Assembly (NCBI GenBank): GCA_951406725.2
Contig: OX597821.1
Location: forward strand, 66,712,001-66,776,000
Reading direction: 5' to 3'
Length of the DNA stretch: 64,000 bases
DNA from: Octopus vulgaris
Taxonomy: Eukaryota
The translations under genes and the position numbers were made by a program. The notes under the pieces were generated by a model. The model did no database searches and was not told the origin of the DNA. It saw only the letters and a list, made by a program, of their open reading frames with translations. Shown here piece by piece: positions 13,819 through 26,663 of this stretch. Each line of letters opens with the position of its first letter. Position 1 is the first letter of the stretch.

Positions 13819-14162
13819 TTTCGTAATGAGATAAAAATCAAAGGCTGTGTAGAGTTTAGAACATTTATAGATAGAAGACCTTACAGTTGTTTCCAAGATA
13901 TTTATTATATCCCTTCACCGGAGACGGTGAGAGAGCATGGTTAAGAAAAAGTTAATTTAGATAAAATATAAATGAGAGAGTGAGGTGGAGGAAACAAAGA
14001 GTTGAGGAAAATAAAGCTGGAGGAAAATTAACTATTTCTTAAACATCCTCTCACACGCTCTCCGATGAAGGGATATAATAAATATCCGGGAAACAGCTGT
14101 AAGACCTATATATAAATGTTCTAAAATCTACACAGCCTTGGTTTTTTTATCTCATTACGAAA
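13819..14162. mobile_element. Fold-back element of two inverted ~140-bp PLE pLTR-like arms, each with a hammerhead-like motif
   Basis: Arms 13819-13958 and 14025-14162 are diverged reverse complements (TTTCGTAATGAGATAAAAA / TTTTTATCTCATTACGAAA). Confidence 0.8.
14059..14104 (+). ncRNA. Minimal type I hammerhead-like ribozyme motif (U4C variant)
   Basis: TCT-CCGATGA-AGGGATAT-AATAA-ATATCCGG-GAAA-C-AGCT-GTA-AGA. Stem I TCT/AGA, stem II GGATAT/ATATCC, palindromic loop 3, GUA site. Confidence 0.62.
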
Positions 14163-14313
14163 GCATTTTTATATACACACGCTGATATATGACCAACGTT
14201 GAACCCCTTATTCGCATAATCACCGAACCTGCAACTTAACTACGGTCCTTCTTTAGCACTTATTCAGCATTACCTGACAAGTTTGTGACTCAAAGACAGC
14301 ATTACCTCTCATA

Positions 14314-14408
<95 letters not shown>

Positions 14409-14458
14409 TAGTGAGTGGACAAAGAAGGGCGTTCAACAAATTTATTTGGAGTTACATG

Positions 14459-14590
14459 TATGGATCAAAACAGTTTGGTTCAAATGCGTTGGTACTTTTC
14501 AATTTCAAGCATGATGCTAGTCGTCAGCCATTTTTAGCCTCATACTTGAAACTCAAGAGTACCAACGAATTTGAATCAAACCGTTTTGAT

Positions 14591-14595
<5 letters not shown>
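14459..14595. mobile_element. Small fold-back element (~60-bp arms) between (TA)n tracts, with a hammerhead motif at its centre
   Basis: TATGGATCAAAACAGTTTGGTTCAAAT.. pairs with ..ATTTGAATCAAACCGTTTTGATCCATA. Minus strand 14530-14490 reads TGG-CTGACGA-CTAGCATCATGCTT-GAAA-TTGAAAAG-TA-CCA. The right arm has a better stem III: GAAA-CTC-AA-GAG-TA-CCA. Confidence 0.75.
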
Positions 14596-14686
<91 letters not shown>

Positions 14687-15539
14687 ATAAATACATATAT
14701 ATACATATATATATATATATATAATTCAAACTGTCCTTTGTATAAGAAAGTAATCTGCTATATGATAATTGTCTGCTGTTTCTATGCGATTGAGCGATTG
14801 AGCAGAGATGTTTCTTCCTATTTCAGAGGCTAATAACATGAGTAATTTGCTGGTAGTAATTGCTGAGTCAAATATCTTTGTTGTAATTTCAATACACGAG
14901 TGGTTTCCAGCAATAGTAAATTCTATTAAAAAAATCATTATAGAATTTTTAAAAAAAACCTCTTATTGTATATCGAACAAGAGACGCGAATTTTATCATT
15001 ATTCTCCTGAGTAAACTCTGCGGTCAAAAATGTCCACCATTTTAATTATATTCTTCAGAAGATTTTTTTTCTTATCGATTTCTCACTAATTTTGTTTAAT
15101 ATGTTTTAAATGTTATGAAATAATTTTTATAAATGACACAAAAGGCGAACATTTAAAACCAAATAACATAATTATCTCCTTTAAATTTGTTTTATGCGTC
15201 ACACACAGAGGAACAGACATGGCGGCCTTTTTTTTCTCTTCTATTTTTAAAGATCAATAATTATAGATTAGATAACCTATTCGTTAGTGACATTTTTGTT
15301 ATCAGCAAATAGAAAGAAAAAAAAATCAATGAAAGGGTAATATAATTCAAAATGACGATAGTAATGTTATCTTACGCGTCCCAGAGATATCAGGAATTAT
15401 CAAGCTTAACTATAGTTAGGATGAAATAAAGCAATACACATTCATACTGCAATATACATACAGGCTCTAACTAGTATTATAATTCGTTAAACAGTAATGG
15501 AATTTAAGCAATAAATAATACGAGCACTATTATCATTAT

Positions 15540-15712
<173 letters not shown>

Positions 15713-16534
15713 GCAGTAACCACAATGCATTATATTGGATATAATGAGCTTGAAAGGAGCCGGAAGTATCGTGATATCATCTGATAAAATTCTAAATTGC
15801 TGAAGCTGATAAGGAAATGGATGACTTGAAACAAGATTAACAGGAATGCCAAAATACACACGCGCACATAGACAAATACAATCACACACATACACACACA
15901 AGCTCGCGCACATGCACACATATAAATATACATACAGTTACATACAAGCAGATATATATTCACAGATAAACGTACACAAAGAAACGTGTCTATTAATAAA
16001 AGCTCGTAATAATACTCACTTAGATACATACGTACACGTAGATTCTATATCAATCCTAATAAACACACGATAATTAATTTTTAGCAACAGGCTTTTTAGC
16101 GTGGAATGTTATTTCTTAGAGTGACGGCGGCCACGATCCCGTCTATCCAGCCTCTCCAAACACTGTTGCTATGTAACTGGTAGTAAGTTATCACCCAGAA
16201 GCTTAATGCTCAAATGTTTAAGATCCACTGACGTCATACGTAGTCATAAATTACATTAGAATGCGCTTAGATTGTTGGAGCTCTGTTTTTAATTTCTTTG
16301 TTGAAGTCGCTCCGTGTTTCCGTTTAGATCAAACGAGCAAAACTCCTATTTATTATCGCGCTTTCTATTCTATTACTGATTATTTGGAACACAAATTAAT
16401 GTGAACATAAACCAATTCTTTAGTAATTCTTTTTTCTCTGCATAGTTTTGCTTTTGGTTTTATTGCAAAGAAAATCACTTTTACCGTTTTCATTCTGATG
16501 ATTGTCTCCATAAATTACCTTTTTATTCTTAAGC

Positions 16535-16585
<51 letters not shown>

Positions 16586-16693
16586 TATAAGCGTGTACAC
16601 GCACGCATTCATACATACATGCGTACATACATATATACATACATGCATGCATGCAAACATAAGCATAAACGCGCATACACATACACAGAGAAT

Positions 16694-16724
<31 letters not shown>

Positions 16725-17469
16725 GCATACACACAGTGTGTGCACATGTATAATTATACGGAGACATATTTTTTAAAAATTGACAGTTATACCAAAAAAT
16801 TCACATGAAAAGAGGTTTCTCAAACAATGCTATAAAGCTGTTACACACAAAAGCTTGTAAGTTATTACGTATATTCATGCACAGGTAAATCACTAATTAG
16901 TCCACCTGTATTCATTTCTTTCTCAGTAAATGTTTTACTCTTTTTTTGCATATTCCAATATTTATGTATACTAGTATCTTTCAAAATAGTATATAGTAAA
17001 TAATTTTAATCGCATTTGATAAGTATTCTGGGCGAAAAGTATGGCACAGCTTCGTAAGTGTACAACTGTGGATTATTACATAATTTTGTTAAGAATTTTG
17101 AGTAATCTTATCTTTGTAGGTTATCTTCATTCACTGTGTACAAAAGGGTCTGTTTGTCTGTACATTTACTATTTTATGTAACCTCTTGTCATAAATACGT
17201 TAAATATTTCTTATACCACCACACTAGGCATATAGTTCTCGAAAGTGAATATTCTTGAACGAAAGATTTGCTTCGTTCTGATATCACGTATTTTTTCTGT
17301 ATATCATATATTAGAGGTTAGATCTTCCATTCTACTCACTTGCGGCACAGCTCCACATAATTTGTAATTTCCTGAATATTAGTGGAAAATATGACACTAA
17401 AATTACCTGTAGCAGAACATCGAAAGCAGATTACAGTAGCTTCTTAATTTTTATGATTCGAACTGATGT

Positions 17470-18000
17470 AATCAAATATGGATGAAAACGAGGCATGGTT
17501 TCACGGAATTAATTGTGCAATTAAGGTTCAATAAACTAACTTAGGGAAAACTACAATGCTCTCTTTGCTTCGGAGGCTTTGAAACAGCTCTAAGAACTGT
17601 GCATTGGTATTGATTTGGTGTTATCGACTTAGCATTGTTATATCTTGGCTATAAATTGCCTTAGAAAATTTAGCATATAGAAGAGTGTAAATTTTATTGG
17701 CCAACTGTAATTTGCAAAATTCAAACAAATACAATGTAAGAAAAGGTAACTCAAATGGGCCCCTAACATGAAAATAAATAACAAAAGGAGGTTGTTACAT
17801 TTTTCATATCCCTCTACCTAAATGTGCTAATTCAACCTTGAATTTATGCTTAATTTCTAGATATTATTCATCATACAATTCTCATTCAAAATGCTAACAA
17901 TTGCCACTAGTTTCCTTTTCCTATTCTATCACTAACTGGAAATTTAAAAGAAGTTATCGAGTTGGGCATTCATAAAATACATCTGAAGAATTTATGCTAC
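17470..18000 (+). pseudogene. Possible highly decayed pogo/Tigger-like DDE transposase
   Basis: Fragments MDENEAWF (cf. N.DETGLF) at ~17478 and FLDIIHH (cf. L.LDN...H) at ~17853 have plausible spacing. Many stops and frameshifts. Confidence 0.3.
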
Positions 18001-18349
18001 GGATTTTCTCTTAGCTCCTTTTAGTTTTAATTATGCATATCAACTTCGGTTATAAATGCACTGTAATCTTTATAGTACATGCCAAATTGTTTAAAACAAA
18101 TCGACAGCAAAATACTACAATTGCACCCTGATAGCGTTAACCTTATAACCAGGCGGGTAAAATCAATATTGAACGGCTTCTAAATATTCTGCAAATTATC
18201 TTGATATCTCTTTCAGGTTTACTAAGAATTTGTGCTACAAAATTTTTCTTACTCTGTTCCTGAACAAGCTTCTAATAGATTTAAAACAAATAAGCATACG
18301 GCACTAAATGCAGTATGCTGCTGACACCTTCAAGTACTCTCACACAAAT

Positions 18350-18539
18350 GCATACATTCATACATACATACATATATACATACATACATACATACATACA
18401 TACATACATACATACGTATATACATACACACACTCATACACATACATATGTATGTCTATATATATATATTACATACTTATATATTACATACATATGTTAA
18501 TCGCATTAATATTCAATTTTTCAGCCTGATTTAAAATTT

Positions 18540-18597
<58 letters not shown>

Positions 18598-18716
18598 TAT
18601 TTACATGCATATATAGATAGATATATTTACATATATATGAGTTATTTCTGTTAATAACATATTTCATATACATATGGATGTATATATATATATATATATA
18701 AATAAATATAAATATA

Positions 18717-18751
<35 letters not shown>

Positions 18752-18890
18752 AGTATATAACTACTTATATACATATGTGTGTGTATGTATGTATGTTTAT
18801 ATGTATGTATGTTTATATGTATGTATGTAGGTATGTATGTATGTATGTATGTTTATATGTATGTATTATGTATGTATGTATGTATGTATG

Positions 18891-18921
<31 letters not shown>

Positions 18922-18935
18922 GTATGTATGTATGC
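18350..18935. repeat. (TACA)n/(TA)n/(TATG)n microsatellite field
   Basis: Directly visible. Confidence 0.93.
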
Positions 18936-19943
18936 ATTTCTGTGTGTCTATTTTCTGTTAATAACATATTATACATAATTCATCCACACGAATAGTCTAC
19001 ACTTAACCACCAAAAATATTCGCCACCAAAACATCCTTTTGGTTACATACAGGCTGGAGGTACTGAAAGCATTATGTTAAATCAACACTCAATATATAAG
19101 ATGTAACAATCCGTGACTTATCATCAACAAGATGTTAAAATATTCCATCTATTTAGGATGAAATTCGAACGTTGAGTCTCATAGATGTGTGAAGTAATCG
19201 TAAATAAACGATTAACATTTCGACTACCTCCTTGATTATTTCACACCAGTTTCAAATAGATCTCTAATTAGAAACTTTTATCAAACACGATCTTGCTACC
19301 AAGCTATGCAATTTGATGAGAACGACTCGTCTATTTGATAAAATAAAAATAAACTTCTTCAATTTTGAAACGAATTACACAATCCAAACGATAGAAAAGC
19401 GATTATGTTAGTATCATAATGTAATGTTAGTAACATACTGTTGATTATTCTCCAGAGACGTGTAACGTTTATAAGTAATATTGCTGGATTTTTCAGTTGT
19501 TGACTGGAATAACCTTGGAAGTGATAGCAACTACCTGTGGAAATAGTTGCTGTCAAAACAAAGGTTACTACAAGCAAAACTTCTCTAATCTACCAATATG
19601 ACGTATAAAGGTTACACTTCTCTGCGGATTTGACAGTATATTTTTTGTTATGCAATTGTCACTAATAATCATTTCTTGTTAATGAAATATAGACAAATCT
19701 GTGCTACCAGACGGGTATGAATATATATAAATTAATATTTACTGGTCATTTCACACACACACTTCCAGTTGCATTATCGATACTTGTGTATATGCATGTA
19801 CACACGCATATATATTCGTTATGTACATGTATGTGTGCATATGTATACATGGCGTGTGTATTGGATATTTATGATTGTGAATACAATTCTAAGATTTGAC
19901 TAACTCATAATACTGCTGAGTAATATATTTATAGGGAATAATG

Positions 19944-20155
19944 CGTCGAGCTAGCAGAATCATTACCGTGCCGGAAAAAATGCTTAGCGGCATTTCTTCT
20001 GTCTTCAAGTTCTGAGTTGAAATTCAGCCGTGGTCCACTTGCCTTTCATCCTCTCGGGGTCCCTAAATTCAGCACCAGTTGATAACTGGTGTCGATGTAA
20101 TCGATTTATCGCTCCGTCCCGAATCTGCTGGCCTTGTGCCAAAATTTGAAATCAA
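19944..20155 (+). mobile_element. SINE family B copy
   Basis: CGAGCTAGCAGAATCATTA...AAATGCTTAGCGGCATTTC...CACTTGCCTTTCATCCTCTCGGGGTC...GTCGATGTAATCGA. Confidence 0.8.
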
Positions 20156-20157
20156 TA

Positions 20158-20188
<31 letters not shown>

Positions 20189-20203
20189 ATATATGTGTGT
20201 GTG

Positions 20204-20251
<48 letters not shown>

Positions 20252-20255
<4 letters not shown>

Positions 20256-20304
20256 ATTTTATCTAGTTTCAGCTCACGAGCTGTGGCCATACTGGGGCAC
20301 CGCC
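20252..20304 (-). mobile_element. Tail-only (extremely 5'-truncated) LINE/SINE 3' end inside (TA)n
   Basis: Minus strand reads GGCGGTGCCCCAGTATGGCCA-CAGCT-CGTG-AGCTG-AAACTAGATAAAATAAAA, homologous to the SINE A tail and the LINE 3' end at 63158-63198. Confidence 0.75.
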
Positions 20305-20358
20305 ATTATATATATATATATTCATTTATATAAATATATATATATATGTATATATATA

Positions 20359-20550
20359 GGGAGAATTCACGAAAAAAAACAAGAGACGAAGACAGGTGGT
20401 GTAGACAACATTCAGATGTATTTGTTTAACGCTTGGGAAGTGAAAAAGTCTTTAACGTTTCGAGCCTAGCCTCTTCCACAGAAAGGGACACAGAAAGAAA
20501 CAGAGAGAGAGAAAATAAGATTGTGTAGTTGCTCGCGATCCATCATGGCA
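20359..20550 (-). mobile_element. Short pLTR-like element with hammerhead-like motif (20450-20485)
   Basis: Minus strand reads CTTT-CTGTGGA-AGAGGCTAGGCTC-GAAA-CGT-T-AAAG. Stem I CTTT/AAAG and palindromic ACGT stem III are present, but the core deviates from CUGANGA. It abuts (TA)n. Confidence 0.5.
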
Positions 20551-21023
20551 AATATATAGGGAATAGCTCGGATGCAGAGTTCTTCCTTTTGGTATACTAG
20601 TCTCATCAAAAATATATAATTCGAGTGGTTTCTACAGGTAGTAACTTAGTGCACCTTCATTATTTCTTTACCACTATCTCATACAGAGTCAAACTATATT
20701 GAATAAAATACTAAAAAGCAATTAAGAACTTAAGTAATTAACAATTTGCAAAAATTAAAAAAAAGAATTGAAAGTGAGTTATTAGCCACCCAAATTCCCA
20801 ACTTAATTTTTCGTTGCTTTCTCGTTTTAACTTTTATTTATTTTTTTTTTTTAATTCTTTATTTTATTATTAATTTATGTGTTTGCCTATTATAGAAATT
20901 TGTTTTCTACCTGAGATTGAATTGCGTATATAAATTAATGAATATTGAGGTATAATCCATGATAAGGCAACTCTTGCAATTAAAACGAGATGGCGACAAA
21001 GAATTGCTATTCGTCGGGGCAGT

Positions 21024-21066
<43 letters not shown>

Positions 21067-21457
21067 ACACACACAATACACACACACACTCAAATACATA
21101 TATACAAATACATATAATTAAGAGTAAGTTTTATACATGTATGCATGTATGTATCTATGTATGTATGCATGTATGTGCGCGTGAATATAGACTGACAAAC
21201 AATTATATCCAAAATAACTAGCAGTACACCGATGGTAGCACACACGTGCATACATACGTACACAAGTACACCGGCATGCGTATACATAAATACATACACA
21301 AACACGCGAATACTAGTATTCTTTGAAATGAAAGCAGCAACCGCCAACAACTTGGAGAATCCGAACGAGACCTATTCTCCCCACACGTTAAGTTATTCAT
21401 TTATCACTGATTCTTTTAAGATGGCTTTTAAAAAATATCTTTTAACCAGCACGTATA

Positions 21458-21611
21458 GGCGTAGGAGAGGCTGCGTGGTTTGCTTACGAACCACATGGTT
21501 CCCGGTTCAGTCTCACTGCGCGGCCCCTTGGGCAGGTGTCTTCTAGTACAGCCTCGGGCCGACCAAAGTCTTGCGAGTGGATTTGGTAGACGGAAACTGA
21601 AAGAAACCCGT

Positions 21612-21674
<63 letters not shown>

Positions 21675-21899
21675 GTGTGTATATGTTTGTGTGTCTGTGG
21701 TTGTCCACCCAATATCGCTTGACAACCGATGATGGTGTTTTTACATCCCCGTAACTTAGCGGTTCAGCAAAAGAGTAAATAGAATAAGTACTAGGCTTAC
21801 AAAGAATAACTCCTGGGGTAGATTTGTTCGACTAAAGGCGGTGCTCCAGCATGGCCGCAGTCAAATGACTGAAACAAGTGAAAGAGTAAAGAGTAAGAG
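21458..21899 (+). mobile_element. SINE family A, full length
   Basis: GGCGTAGGAG...GGTTCAGTCTC...TTGGGCAGGTGTCTTC...(TA)n...GGCGGTGCTCCAGCATGGCCGCAGTCAAATGACTGAAACAAG followed by an AAAGAGT repeat tail. Confidence 0.92.
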
Positions 21900-22348
21900 C
21901 AACACCGATGATAGAATTGGTCTCTGTGTGAGTCAGTCAAGAAACATGAAAGACGGTGGTTGTAAATAAGAAGCGTTGCTAGAAAATAAGAGTGACGTAT
22001 TGCTTAGTAACCAAGAGAAATATTTATATTACAATTTATGGCTTTAAATATTGTTTCATCTTGGGCAAGTAATTGTCTTTTCATTAATCTATGTTGGACA
22101 TGTTTGCATATATTACTGTTGTGGTTATTTTATCATTGTTTCTTTTTTCTTTTCTTTTTGATGTTACCGTCGTTGGACCTGATGACCAGCTATTCTTTTA
22201 ACTATTTCCACTACGCACAGGAATGCAATCTCACAATTTCAAGTTCACTTCCATTGCGAGACGCCTCGGGCAAAGATTTTGTGAACTGAGTGAAGCTGAG
22301 TGTATGTATGTATGTATATACGTGTGTGTATACATTTGTATATGTATG

Positions 22349-22404
<56 letters not shown>

Positions 22405-23055
22405 TATATATGTATATATATATAGGTGTGTGTTTATATTTATATACATAATATATATTTACATACATACATATATGGATACGCACACACATACACACAC
22501 ACATATATATATATATACATATTATTAATTTAAAGGTCACAATACATGTATTAAAGCGCAGCTAATAGTTCCATATTTTGAGAAAACTCAAGCATATTCT
22601 TCAGGCGCAAACCACATATTATAATGAACTAAAAAAGTTGAATAATAAAAGAAAGACGAAGAAAAAAACTGAGAATGCATCCTATAGAAAACCGCAGAAT
22701 CTAAAAAAAAGAAAACGAAAACGGAAAACGAAAGCTAAAAACAGTAACATGTAAAAAATGAAAAATAAAAAGGTAAAATAGGTATCTTCCTTAGACCCTA
22801 AATATTAACGCTGGAATGATATCAAGTCAGTCAGGAATAGGCGAAATTTTCCAAGTCTTTAAAATATACTTATATGCATGCAACCACTGAAAATTTCTCA
22901 CTTGGAGTTCAATAGAGAGTAAGGGATCTTTGCGTTCTTTCAGCAAAGCGAAGTCTACTGTATTCGATCCATTTCCATAAGGTATGGATATCTCAATTAC
23001 TTTCCATTTAATCACATGCGGTGTTTCGCTATCTTTCTGTCATGGAACAGTATAT

Positions 23056-23191
<136 letters not shown>

Positions 23192-23462
23192 CACTATTCG
23201 CGACAGAAGACGTATTAGAACCAAAAGGCAATCTGAATATCCAACTTGACGTGCACGTCTTGTTAGCACGCTGTTATTAGCCTTCAGCGACCCTCACAGA
23301 TATGTGCATGGTCTCGGTTAATATCAATACTGTTTCCGTCGCTATTTTTTTAAAATTTCTGATAAACCTGAAGGCTATATATGACATCAATGTCTTCAAA
23401 AATCATATTATTCTGTATATCTCGCAGTGAGATTTGTTTCGCATGTGTTCACCGGATGCCTG

Positions 23463-23502
23463 CCTCTGAAGAGGTCAAATATACTGAAATCACGTGATAA
23501 GG
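23463..23502 (+). ncRNA. Minimal type I hammerhead ribozyme motif with canonical core
   Basis: CCT-CTGAAGA-GGT-CAAATAT-ACT-GAAA-TCACGTGA-TA-AGG. Stem I CCT/AGG, stem II GGT/ACT, palindromic stem III TCACGTGA, predicted cleavage after AUA. Confidence 0.7.
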
Positions 23503-23639
23503 GAATTCCGACTCCCATAACAGGCGATTCTCCCGATATATGATGTATGCCTGTTTTTTACGCATCATTCGCTTATATGGGAGTATTTTTCAAGACCAAA
23601 TAAAAGACAGTATAAATCCCAGACGTAAAATTTTTTTAA

Positions 23640-24120
23640 GGCTGTGTGGTAAGTACCTTGCTTACGAACCACATGGTTCCGGGTTCCGTCCGACTGCATG
23701 GAACCTTAGGCAAGTGTCTTCTACTATAGCCTCGGGCTGACCAACGCCTCGTGAGTGGAGTTGGTAAACGGAAACTGAAAGAAGCCCATCGTATATATGT
23801 ATATATATGTGTATGTGTGTGTATATGTTTGTGTGTCTGTGTTTGTCCCTCCAACATGGCCTGACAACCGATGCTGGCATGTTTAGGTTCCCGTCACTAA
23901 GCGGTTCGGCAAAAGACACCGATAGAATAAGTAATCGGCATACAAAGAATAAGTCCTGGGGTCGATTTGCTCGACTAAAGGCGGTGCTCCAGCATGGCCA
24001 CAGTCACATGACTGAAACACGTAAATGAGTAAAAGAGTAGTAGGAGTGATTTGCTTGACTGAAACTCCTCAAGGCGATGCTACAGCAAGGCCGCAGTCAA
24101 GTGACTGAAATAAGTAGAAG
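23640..24120 (+). mobile_element. SINE family A copy followed by a second diverged 3' tail (24048-24120)
   Basis: Family A body with tail CAGTCACATGACTGAAAC at ~24001. A second tail reads GGCGATGCTACAGCAAGGCCGCAGTCAAGTGACTGAAATAAG. Confidence 0.9.
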
Positions 24121-24902
24121 ATATAATATTCAGTTTGGCAGGTTCCTTATTTCCATTTTTAGAATGTCCTCTTCTCATATCTTTCTCTTGTTTCCTTTTT
24201 CTAAATATCCTATCGCTGTTCTTTCATTTGGTCTCATTAATTTTTTTAATTAATCTTGTTTTGCTCATAGTAAGTTTTGCCTCGTGATTTACATTTCCAA
24301 TGTATTTGTTTATTTATTTACCTTGGCTGCATTGCTTCTGCTATATATTAACTCTTGTAACATAATGTAATAACGATTTCTAATGATGCTTCGGTTTTCT
24401 GTCTATCGCTTCCTTTAGTAGCTTGTCTTTTGGAATTCAATGTCAAGTTCCTATCTATTTGTTTTCCTTCAAATTTTATACTGGTATAAAGTCATAATTT
24501 TCTATTGTGAGTTGAATGTAGCTTTAAAATACGACCTTAGAGAAGAAGAAAAAAAACTTATTGCTTTCTTGTCTATGTGTTTTCTGTTTTGTTTGCGAAA
24601 GCATAATTTTCAAAAAATTTCAATAATATAGATTATCAATTATAGATTATCATAACTTTCGACGAGTATGAATTTATTGTTTTATTCTATGTTGTCGCGC
24701 GTGGCTCGATCCATTCCTTGTATATTTTATGAAAAATATTCTGAGTTAACAGAAACATATTATTAATCTTGGATTGAATAATGGGGTCCATATTTCTACG
24801 GTTTGTAATATTTGTTTCAAGGGACATAATCAGTGTTTGACATTAATCATACTCTCACAGCTGGATTACATATATATTGCATTAATTATACGATGTAATG
24901 AT

Positions 24903-25150
24903 AGATATTACGAGCTAGGGTAAACTATCACTATGTCTAGCAGACGAATATACATCACTGAGGATCATGAAAATAAGATTGAAATCACGAGATATGGTGG
25001 TCTCCGAGTTCGAATAGTAGGGAGTTGTCTCCCCGCTTGCAATGTATATCGAGTGTCTAACCAGCAGCAGGAGGCGTCCTCCTGGGGTTAAAATAGCAGT
25101 ATCATTTATAGAACACCCACGTTTAGGCGGCGATAAACATTACTTCTAAC
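24903..25150 (+). mobile_element. pLTR-like repeat with hammerhead motif (24953-24999); homologous to 57303-57570
   Basis: CATCA-CTGAGGA-TCATGAAAATAAGATT-GAAA-TCACGAGA-TA-TGGTG (stem I CATCA/TGGTG). Shares GCTTGCAAT.TATATCG, GGAGGC..CTC.TG..GTTAAAA and ACATTACTT blocks with 57440-57570. Confidence 0.65.
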
Positions 25151-25215
25151 GATAAATATATTTTACAAGAAATACGTACAGAAATATCCTTGTACATTCT
25201 CATATTCTGTTTCAA

Positions 25216-25630
25216 GGCGGCGAGCTGGCAGAAACGTTAGCGCGCCGGGCGAAATGCTTGGCGGTATTTCGTCTGCGTTACGTTGTGAGTTCAAATTCCG
25301 CCGAGGTCGACTTTGCCTTTAATCCTTTCAGGGTCAATAAATTAAGTACCAGTTACGCACTGGAGTCGCTGTAATCGACTTAAACCCTTTGCCTGTCCTT
25401 GTTTGTCCCCTGTATGTTTAGCTCCTTGTGGGCAATAAAGAAATAAGAATCGTTAGCACGCCGGGCGAAATGCTTAGTGATATTTTGTCTACCGTTACGT
25501 TCTGAGATCGACTTTGCCTTTCATCCTTTCGGGGTTCAATATATTAAGTACCAGTTGCGCACTGGTGTCGATCTACTCGACTGACACCCTCCTCCAAATT
25601 TCGGGCCTTGCACCTTGAGTAGAAAAGATT
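25216..25630 (+). mobile_element. SINE family B, dimeric/tandem copy
   Basis: GGCGGCGAGCTGGCAGAAACGTTAGCGCGCCGGGCGAAATGC...GAGTTCAAATTCC (B-box)...GGTCGACTTTGCCTTT. The unit restarts at ~25448. Confidence 0.9.
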
Positions 25631-25986
25631 CTCATATTTTGTTTTATATATAGTTACATTATAGTTACATATAGTTACATTATTCTTGCATCACAAGATT
25701 AATTTATGTGAAGGTATGTCACGTATTGATTAAGGTATTGTAGGGGCAAAAATGACGATATCACCCTATAATTTGTTGCCTTTTTTCAATTTTGCAACAT
25801 AAAAGAAAACATGACATTTGATGGCTTGGATTACGTGTTGTGACTCTGGACCACAAACGCTGCTGTTTATAAATGAACAGTAAATGCAAATCCGGGGGCG
25901 TCTTAAGGAGTCAAGAAGTATGTACGAAGTACCATGAGCTCATCAAGAGGCAGAGATGCTATAACTAGCATTCTTCTTCTTCTTTC

Positions 25987-26360
25987 TTATTACCTCCGCC
26001 TTCACTAAGGCGGAGGTATTGTTTTCAGTCGTGTTTGTTTGTTTGTGTGTTTCGTTGGACAAGATATCTCAAGAACCGCTGGATAGTTTCGAATGAAATT
26101 TTCAGGGATGTTTGGCCTCATGACTGGCATGAACTGATGAGCTTTTGGGATCGATGCAATACCGGGCAAGGATTATGGATTATGTTTCCTTTTTTTTTTA
26201 GTTAATTTTGAGAGTAGTCGGGTTCATTTTTAGTATTCTTATTTGTGAGAGCAATCGAGTTTATTTCATTTATTCTCATTTTAAAAGTCATTTCTAGCTA
26301 ATCGTTGAGGGGACGTTGGTGTAGCCCTTGCAGAGGTTTGCGCTCTCTGAGTGCTTTTGT
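25987..26360 (+). mobile_element. Non-autonomous Helentron-type element (HINE/DINE-1-like)
   Basis: 5' TTATTACCTCCGCC..GGCGGAGG subterminal inverted repeat, (GTTT)n tract, 3' GCAGAGG followed by hairpin GCGCTC-TCT-GAGTGC and a T-run. Confidence 0.78.
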
Positions 26361-26363
26361 CAC

Positions 26364-26449
26364 TCTTCTTCTTCTTCTTCTTCTTCTTCTTCTTCTTCTT
26401 CTTTTTCTTCTTCTTCTTCTTCTTCTTCTTCTTCTTCTTCTTCTTCTTC

Positions 26450-26480
<31 letters not shown>
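26364..26480. repeat. (TTC)n plus (TA)n microsatellite
   Basis: Directly visible. Confidence 0.95.
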
Positions 26481-26499
26481 GATACATACATACATATAT

Positions 26500-26646
26500 G
26501 CGACGTATTTCTTTCAGTTTCCCTCTAGCAAATCCTTGGTCAGCCCGAGTCTATAGTAGAAGGCACTTAGTCAAGGTACCACGTATTGGGACTGAACCTG
26601 AAGCCATGTGATTGTGAAGTAATCTTCTTACCACACAGCCACGCCT
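26500..26646 (-). mobile_element. SINE family A 5' half
   Basis: TTCTTTCAGTTTCC...CTATAGTAGAAGGCACTT...GGGACTGAACC...ACCACACAGCCACGCC. Confidence 0.82.
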
Positions 26647-26663
26647 GATATATATATATATAT

